Source of the DNA: Dehalococcoidia bacterium
Lineage (GTDB): Bacteria; Chloroflexota; Dehalococcoidia; Plut-88900
Direction of reading: 5' to 3'
DNA: 64,000 bases
Assembly: GCA_965197585.1 (NCBI GenBank)
Contig: OZ240215.1
Span: 448,001-512,000 of the forward strand
This document shows positions 57,846 to 64,000 of the stretch, in pieces. Position 1 is the first letter of the stretch; every line of letters begins with the position of its first letter. The position numbers were made by a program, and so were the translations under genes. Under the pieces are notes generated by a model. The model did no database searches. It was not told the origin of the DNA and was given only the letters and a program-made list of their open reading frames with translations.

Positions 57846-58943
57846 ATGATTGAAACAAGAATTATCTCCGGGGATTCTCATGTGCAGGAGCCCAAGGAGA
57901 TGTATACGGCTCGATTGTCGGAGGAACACCTCGCTCGGCTCCCTCACGTAGAGGTTATCGACGGTGTCGAGTATCGGATGGTCGAGGGACGGAAGCCGAG
58001 AAGGCTGGACATCGCCGAGGCCCGGGAGACCGAAGAAGACCAAGTGCGTGAGTTCCGAGATGACGACTCCGGCGGCCGGGACATTGAGCGGCGGCTTACG
58101 GACATCGCCAAAGACGGCATCTACGGCGAGATTATCTACCCCAATGAGACTCTCGGGCTTCACAAATCTTTCGACGCCGGCTACCAGTTCGCCGTCGCCC
58201 AGGCCTATAACGACTGGGCCATAAACCTCTTTCGTGACCACTTGCACCGCTTCGTACCAGTGGGGGTGATTCCCGTAACGGACATCCCTACTGCGGTCGA
58301 AGAAGTTAAGAGGGTCAGCAAGCTGGGATATAGAGCTGTGAAGATCCCCATTTCCGTCAGGGGCAAACCCTACAACCAGCCGGACTACGAGCCCCTATGG
58401 GACGCCGTCGAGGACGCCGGCCTGGTCCTCAACCTGCACGCCTTCACCGACGCCGAGGACACATACCCTGAGGACTGGGGTGAGGAGAATGGCTTTGGTG
58501 GGGCGCTTAACTTCATGGTCATGAGCATGGCCGCAGGCCTGGAACCCGCGTCGATGCTTATAAGCTCGGGGATGCTGGAGCGGCACCCGGGGATCAATCT
58601 AGGAGTAATCGAGTGCGGGGCGGGGTGGCTCGCGTGGCTACTGTACGCCCTCGACGAGCAGGTGGATAAGAAGCACATGTGGATTTCGCCCAAGCTGCCC
58701 ATGAAGCCCAGCGATTACTTCCGGCGCCAGGGTCACGTCACTTTCGGAGACGACCCGGTGGCACTTCTCACCATACCCGTGCTCGGCGACGACTGCCTGG
58801 TGTGGGGCAGCGACTACCCCCACGACGAGGGCACTTTTCCTCACTCCCAGGAGGTCATCGAAAAGACCTTCCAGACCGTCAGCGAGGAATCCAAGCGCAA
58901 GATTGTGTATGGGAACGCGGCGCGGATATACGGGTTTGGATAG
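57846..58943 (+). CDS. Amidohydrolase_2 family protein
   Basis: ISGDSHVQEP, NLHA, WGSDYPHDE. Confidence 0.92.
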   Translation: MIETRIISGDSHVQEPKEMYTARLSEEHLARLPHVEVIDGVEYRMVEGRKPRRLDIAEARETEEDQVREFRDDDSGGRDIERRLTDIAKDGIYGEIIYPNETLGLHKSFDAGYQFAVAQAYNDWAINLFRDHLHRFVPVGVIPVTDIPTAVEEVKRVSKLGYRAVKIPISVRGKPYNQPDYEPLWDAVEDAGLVLNLHAFTDAEDTYPEDWGEENGFGGALNFMVMSMAAGLEPASMLISSGMLERHPGINLGVIECGAGWLAWLLYALDEQVDKKHMWISPKLPMKPSDYFRRQGHVTFGDDPVALLTIPVLGDDCLVWGSDYPHDEGTFPHSQEVIEKTFQTVSEESKRKIVYGNAARIYGFG

Positions 58944-59034
58944 GGGGGATAGGCCTGGTATACGCAGTACATGGATTGATGTTGACAGTGGTTATAATAT
59001 CGGTAGAGTCCCGCGAAAGAGCAGGAGGAGGACG

Positions 59035-59385
59035 ATGAGCTTCGTTGTGCTGACATTTCGCTTCGAGCAAGAGGAGGACGGGTGGTTTGGGAAGTGCGTG
59101 GAGCTGGGTACGGCTACCTCGGCTGAATCACTGGCGCAGTTGGAGGAGGAGTTGAGGGACCTGGTGGGTCTGCATTTGGCCACTTTGGAGGAAACCGGAC
59201 GGCTGGGACAAGTGTTTGATGAGTGGGGAGTAGAATTGCACACGGACATGCCTACTGAAACGTCTACGAGTTTGCCGGTAAGTCCATGGAACAACGGGCG
59301 GGAATTACGGCTTTTTCAACCACAGATATTCATTTTGCCGGCTGTGTCCGACATAACGCCCGTAGTAGTTTCATTGCATGGTTGA
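59035..59385 (+). CDS. HicB-like antitoxin
   Basis: AGGAGG RBS; FEQEEDGWFGKCVELGTATSAES partial RNase H fold; upstream of HicA. Confidence 0.7.
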   Translation: MSFVVLTFRFEQEEDGWFGKCVELGTATSAESLAQLEEELRDLVGLHLATLEETGRLGQVFDEWGVELHTDMPTETSTSLPVSPWNNGRELRLFQPQIFILPAVSDITPVVVSLHG

Positions 59386-59635
59386 TCTGCCCGCACTGTC
59401 ATCGAGAGAAATGATGAGTCTTCTGAGATACGATGGATGGGAGGAGGGGCGAAATACAAGGCACGGAATAGCCTTCAAGAAGCGGGTGGAAGGGGAGATA
59501 AGGTCAACTATAATACCCTACAATCGCAAGTCTCTTGGTAAGAAGACTCTTCATGAAATACTGGGGAGACAGCAAACTGGGATAGGCAGGCAAGGATTGC
59601 AAGATCTGATAGAGAAGCGCAGGCAGGGCTGCTAG
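59378..59635 (+). CDS. HicA-like toxin
   Basis: LPALSSREMMSLLRYDGW...IIP...LGKKTLHEIL. Confidence 0.75.
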   Translation: MVDLPALSSREMMSLLRYDGWEEGRNTRHGIAFKKRVEGEIRSTIIPYNRKSLGKKTLHEILGRQQTGIGRQGLQDLIEKRRQGC

Positions 59636-59663
59636 AGTCGAGAAGGGTAAGAACGAAAAAATC

Positions 59664-60005
59664 ATGCCGATATATGAATTTGGGTGCCGTCAGTGCGCCG
59701 GTTTAACGAACCATTTCACCAGGAAGTACGAGATTCCTGATAGCGTGACTTGCGATAACTGCGGGAGCGGGGATACTTGGAAGCTTGTGTCCTTGAGCAA
59801 TCATCGGTTCCCGGCCAAGCACAAGTACAGCGAGGACTTCGTAGAGAAGTCGATGCCATTCCTCAAGAGCCGCAAGGAGCTCAAGGGGATGTTCGAGAAG
59901 GAGACTGGGGAGTCCGACGAGGCGAAGGCGATGAAGATGAGCGACCAGATCGGCTCCCAGATCGACCGGGTAATACACAAGCAGATTTCGGATATGAATC
60001 GCTAA
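59664..60005 (+). CDS. FmdB-family zinc-ribbon protein
   Basis: MPIYEFGCRQC...CDNCGS. Confidence 0.88.
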   Translation: MPIYEFGCRQCAGLTNHFTRKYEIPDSVTCDNCGSGDTWKLVSLSNHRFPAKHKYSEDFVEKSMPFLKSRKELKGMFEKETGESDEAKAMKMSDQIGSQIDRVIHKQISDMNR

Positions 60006-60041
60006 CGCCGACTGAGAGACGTTCACACTACTCTGAGGGTG

Positions 60042-60086
60042 AAAAGACAAGGGCGAATGTGCCTCGCACATTCGCCCTTGTCTTTT
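60042..60086. terminator. Bidirectional intrinsic terminator
   Basis: Perfect 21-bp inverted repeat AAAAGACAAGGGCGAATGTGC-CTC-GCACATTCGCCCTTGTCTTTT between convergent genes. Confidence 0.85.
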
Positions 60087-60109
60087 ACTCTTCAAGGAGG
60101 AAGCAGGGT

Positions 60110-61312
60110 CTAGACAACTCCCTGTCCGGCCAACTCTCTTATATCCTCTGGCCCGTAGTCCAAGATTTCGTTCAGCACCTCGGAAGTATGCTGTCCCAAC
60201 AAGGGAGCGGCGGTGACGGTGGTCGGGGAGTCCGACATCTGGATGGGAGAGCCGAGGGTCCTGAACTTGCCAATCTGAGGGTGGTCTATGTCTACGATCA
60301 TGCCTCGCTCCATGAGGTGGGGGTCGGTGTGAATGTCCTGGGGGTTGAGGCAGGCCCCGACTATCGCGCCCGCACCACCCAGGATGCTCATCACTTCATG
60401 TTTGGTGTGCTTGGTCGTCCACTTTTCGATCATCGCCGTAATGTCGTCGTTATGTTCCCAGCGCTTTCTGGAGTCCGAGTATCGTTCGTCGCCGATGAGG
60501 TCTTCTCGGCCGATTGTCTTTAGGATCGCCTCCCAGGCCCCGGCGGGCCCTTCGTCGGCGTAGATATAAGCGTAGTCGTCGGGGCCGCCTGGGGCGCATT
60601 TGTAGACCCAGGACGGGGCCTTGCCACTGTGGTATGCGCCCCGGATATGGATGTCGGGGTCTTCGTAATAGCGCATCATCCCGACCCTGGCGAAGTTGAC
60701 CATAGCGTCTTGCATGGCTACTTCGATGCTCTGGCCTCTACCCGTCCGCTCCCGCTGGTAGAGGGCGGCTGTAATGCCGAGTGCGGCGTGATATCCGGTC
60801 CCGATGTCTCCGAAGGACACACCGGTAGGCATAGGCGGCCCATCCGGGTAGCCATTGGTTGTATAGCAGCCGCCCGTGGCCTGGGCCACCATGTCAAAAG
60901 CCTTCAGGTGACTGTAGGGTCCGTAAGTCCCGAAACCCTTAACCCGCGTAAGGATGACGCGGGGGTTAATCTTTGAGAGGACCTCGTAAGAGAGGCCCAG
61001 CCGTTCGAGGGTGCCTGGGCCCATGTTCTCGGCGACCACGTCGGAGCGCTTGAGAAGGTCAAAGAAGATGGCCTTGCCTCTTTCAGTTTTCAGGTTGAGC
61101 GTGATGCTGCGCTTGTTGCAGTTGAGGATGATGAAGTAGTAGCTGTCAATCCCTCCCTTCTTGGGAGTGCTTTTACGGCCGGGATCGCCGCGGCCGGGGG
61201 ACTCGACCTTTATGACGTCCGCCCCAAGCCAGGCCAGGGCCTGAGTGCAAGTGGTGCCGGCCTCATACTGGGTGAGATCCAAGATTCGAACGCCTTTGAG
61301 TGCCTGGTCCAT
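60110..61312 (-). CDS. Family III CoA-transferase (formyl-CoA transferase-like)
   Basis: LKGVRILDLTQYEAG, LGADVIKVE, NCNKRSITLNLK, APLLGQHT. Confidence 0.93.
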   Translation of the reverse strand: MDQALKGVRILDLTQYEAGTTCTQALAWLGADVIKVESPGRGDPGRKSTPKKGGIDSYYFIILNCNKRSITLNLKTERGKAIFFDLLKRSDVVAENMGPGTLERLGLSYEVLSKINPRVILTRVKGFGTYGPYSHLKAFDMVAQATGGCYTTNGYPDGPPMPTGVSFGDIGTGYHAALGITAALYQRERTGRGQSIEVAMQDAMVNFARVGMMRYYEDPDIHIRGAYHSGKAPSWVYKCAPGGPDDYAYIYADEGPAGAWEAILKTIGREDLIGDERYSDSRKRWEHNDDITAMIEKWTTKHTKHEVMSILGGAGAIVGACLNPQDIHTDPHLMERGMIVDIDHPQIGKFRTLGSPIQMSDSPTTVTAAPLLGQHTSEVLNEILDYGPEDIRELAGQGVV

Positions 61313-61437
61313 TACTTGCCTCCCGCAATCGCTTGGGGTCTTCAGCCGCCTTGCGCGGTATGTTATGAGGTCGCGCGTGTTAGCGTCAATTGGAAATGGT
61401 TATGATTGCACCATATGGATAGAGGCGATTTCTGATC

Positions 61438-61932
61438 ATGCATGCGGAACTTCCGTTGTGGCCGCCGAGGCGGCGAAGGCGTCAAACGGATATGCTCTGG
61501 CTGGAGAGGCTGGAAGATGTGGGGATTGCGCCATTTCAGGACACCTTTCCCGACTCGCCCCCCTCCCAGCTCCACAAGGCTGTTGAGCAGTTCAATACCG
61601 GCCTGTTCTGGGACTGCCACGAGACTCTGGAAGACCTCTGGCTGGTCACGCCTTATCCGTTGCGGCACTTCTACCAGGGCGTTCTGAAGATAGCGGTAGG
61701 GCTTCATCACTCGGATAGACATAATGTAAAAGGCGCCAGGAACAAGCTGAGCGAGGGACTGCGGTTGCTGAAGGTATTCACGCCGTCGTTTCTTGGTCTG
61801 GACACCGGGGCCCTTGCTGTCGAAGCGGATCGATGGTTGCAGCTGGTGAGTCGAGGCCCGCGGTTGGATTGGACGGCCCTGGATTCAGAGCCTAGGCCGC
61901 AGATTCGCCAATCCCCAGGCGAACATGGATAG
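61438..61932 (+). CDS. DUF309 family protein
   Basis: FN.G.FWDCHETLEDLW...YQG. Confidence 0.85.
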   Translation: MHAELPLWPPRRRRRQTDMLWLERLEDVGIAPFQDTFPDSPPSQLHKAVEQFNTGLFWDCHETLEDLWLVTPYPLRHFYQGVLKIAVGLHHSDRHNVKGARNKLSEGLRLLKVFTPSFLGLDTGALAVEADRWLQLVSRGPRLDWTALDSEPRPQIRQSPGEHG

Positions 61933-61979
61933 CTGAAGCACTTGCCCTCAAGCCCTTATTAGAGTTGGGACGTGGGGAG

Positions 61980-62828
61980 TTATATGACCTGCCAGAGCCG
62001 ACGGCCTTCACTTCTTATGATTCTGCCGAAGCTCGGAGGCATGTAGTGCCCCATTCCGATCACTGAACCGTCCTGCAGGAGGCGTTCCAGCACTACTTCC
62101 CTTGTCTGGCGAGCGAGGGCATGGTCGGTGTCGAAGATGATTTCCCAGTGGGTCTCGTTGGACTGGGGAGCGAAGTTGATGACGTCACCGAGGATGTAAC
62201 CGCGCACTCCGTCGGACAGGATGCCGAGGCTCATGTGGCCGGGAGTGTGGCCGGGAGTCGGGACCATGGTTACTTCGCTGGTGAGGGAAACCTCGCTGTC
62301 GGCCAAGACCATAGCGCCGAGTGATTCGAGAGGGTTTACCTGGGTGGCCATGTGGGCGTTGTTTTCCAGGTCCTGGTTGTAGAATTCGTAGTCGACTTTG
62401 GGAATGTAGTACGTGGCGTTGGGGAAGGTGAGCCGGGAGGCGCCGTTCTCCTCGGTTATGTTCCAACCGACATGGTCTACGTGCAGGTGAGTAATGGCGA
62501 CTATTTCGATCTCGTCGATTGAGACGCCCTTTTCGGTTAAATCGTCCATGAGTCGGCCGGGATAGTCTTTGCCCCATCCCGTATCGACGAGGATGGTCTT
62601 GCCCTGGGAACGGATGACGAAGCTGCCAAAGTTGACGTCGATCTTACCGTCATCCCCGACAAGGCCGGGGTAAGCGTCCCACTCGGAGAGAGCTACGTTG
62701 GGGAAAAGGGTAGTGGCGGGGGCTCGGTCTGCGCCGTCTGTAAGGGAGAGGACTTCTGCGTTTCCTACGGTGATTTTGTAGTCTGGCATCGGGATCCTCC
62801 TGGGGGAAGTGTGGGTTGATAATACCAC
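61980..62828 (-). CDS. MBL-fold metallohydrolase
   Basis: THLHVDHVG, PGHTPGH, GD, GH; probable start at MPDYKI. Confidence 0.92.
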   Translation of the reverse strand: MVLSTHTSPRRIPMPDYKITVGNAEVLSLTDGADRAPATTLFPNVALSEWDAYPGLVGDDGKIDVNFGSFVIRSQGKTILVDTGWGKDYPGRLMDDLTEKGVSIDEIEIVAITHLHVDHVGWNITEENGASRLTFPNATYYIPKVDYEFYNQDLENNAHMATQVNPLESLGAMVLADSEVSLTSEVTMVPTPGHTPGHMSLGILSDGVRGYILGDVINFAPQSNETHWEIIFDTDHALARQTREVVLERLLQDGSVIGMGHYMPPSFGRIIRSEGRRLWQVI

Positions 62829-62895
62829 TTTGGTGAGATACCGGGTGGGTATAATGGACGCCGAGGCATTCGGCGGCTTTCCTATGGAGCTTTAG

Positions 62896-64000
62896 TTGCG
62901 TTATCGACTCGGAATAGACGTCGGTGGAACTTTCACCGACTATGTCCTTCAGGACCGGGAGACCGGTAGGCTAACCGTCGGCAAGCACCCGACTCAGCCT
63001 TCCGACCTGACCGTCGGGATTGTCGAGGGGCTGGGAGGAGTGCTGCAAGGGCGCGGGATCTCTGAGATGGAACAGGTAGTCCATGCGACTACGGTCGCCT
63101 CCAACCTGATGGTCGAGCGCAAGGGCGCGGTCACGGGCCTGCTCACGACTCGGGGGTTCCGAGACGTGCTTCTTATCCAGCGCCAACTGCGGGTGAACAT
63201 CTACGACTTGTTCCTCGATAAGGTGCAGCCTTTGCTGTCTCGGCGTTTCATCCGAGAGGTGGATGAGCGGATGACCCACTCCGGCGAGGTCTGGAAGCCC
63301 CTCTATGAGGATAGTGTCATCGAGGCAGTTGAGAGACTCAGTGCCTTGGGAGTCGAGTCCTTCGCGGTGGCCCTACTCCACTCCTATGCCAACCCGGCCC
63401 ACGAGCGTCGGGTGCGGGAGATCATACTCGATTCAATCCCGTCGGCACTGGTTACTCTGTCCAGTGATATATCACCCCAGTGGCGGGAATACGAACGCAC
63501 CAGCACTGCGGTCGCCAACGCTTACGTGATGCCTGCGGTTCGGGGGTATTTGAGGGGGTTTCAGGACACCTTGAGCAGTCAGGGATACACCAGACCCCTG
63601 CAGGTCATGCAAGCTAACGGGGGGACGGCGACGGTTGAAATTATCAACCACGCCCCGGTGCGGGTCATTGAGTCGGGGCCCGCGGCGGGTGCCTTAATGG
63701 CGGCCAGCATAGGCGGGGCCTTGGGCCTCAAGCGCATGATCTCATTCGATATGGGAGGCACGACAGCCAAGGTGTGCCTCATTGAGAACGGTTCACCCTC
63801 TACTGCCTCCCAAATCGAGATCGCCCGTATGAAGATGCAGTCGGGCAGTGGGTTGCCTATCAGTGTACCGGGTATCGACCTTGTGGAGATCGGAGCGGGT
63901 GGGGGCAGCATAGCCAGAGCGGAGATGGGGACCATCGCCGTAGGCCCGGATAGCGCAGGCGCGAGTCCTGGCCCTATCTGCTACGGCGCCGGAGGACTGG
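62896..64000 (+). CDS. Hydantoinase/oxoprolinase subunit A (runs off window)
   Basis: Manual translation from TTG: MRYRLGIDVGGTFTD...SGPAAG...FDMGGTT...IGAGGGS; not in the ORF track. Confidence 0.92.
   Translation, partial: MRYRLGIDVGGTFTDYVLQDRETGRLTVGKHPTQPSDLTVGIVEGLGGVLQGRGISEMEQVVHATTVASNLMVERKGAVTGLLTTRGFRDVLLIQRQLRVNIYDLFLDKVQPLLSRRFIREVDERMTHSGEVWKPLYEDSVIEAVERLSALGVESFAVALLHSYANPAHERRVREIILDSIPSALVTLSSDISPQWREYERTSTAVANAYVMPAVRGYLRGFQDTLSSQGYTRPLQVMQANGGTATVEIINHAPVRVIESGPAAGALMAASIGGALGLKRMISFDMGGTTAKVCLIENGSPSTASQIEIARMKMQSGSGLPISVPGIDLVEIGAGGGSIARAEMGTIAVGPDSAGASPGPICYGAGGL

Noticed and set aside
52091-64000. Novel catabolic cluster
   Set aside because: Common paralogous families in mixed orientation; no specific pathway can be supported

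Overview
Roughly the first 49-52 kb is a mosaic, partly decayed integrative element or genomic island. It contains an AlpA/ImmA-like/XRE regulatory module and a type I R-M locus with inserted TIR and MNT-HEPN genes and a chimeric HlyD::HsdM ORF. It also holds a 1741-aa STAND-like NTPase, a two-component system, an LRR protein, a Cache lipoprotein and a 4167-aa secreted multidomain protein. The right arm has a frameshifted VirD4-like gene, a replication-relaxation protein, a second XRE-HTH triad, an IS481-like element, an NYN nuclease and a large serine recombinase. From about 52 kb the genes look chromosomal: two amidohydrolases, LLM oxidoreductase, MFS, HicBA, CoA-transferase III, MBL hydrolase and hydantoinase. 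The gene content is compatible with a SAR202/Dehalococcoidia-like, possibly sponge-associated Chloroflexota (inference only). The most striking item is the giant protein: a signal peptide, a phospho-His swivel plus ATP-grasp (dikinase-like) module and a PQQ sugar-dehydrogenase domain on an Ig/LRR/propeller scaffold. It shares a ~150-bp upstream element with the nearby LRR gene. All calls come from manual motif recognition; no database searches were run.
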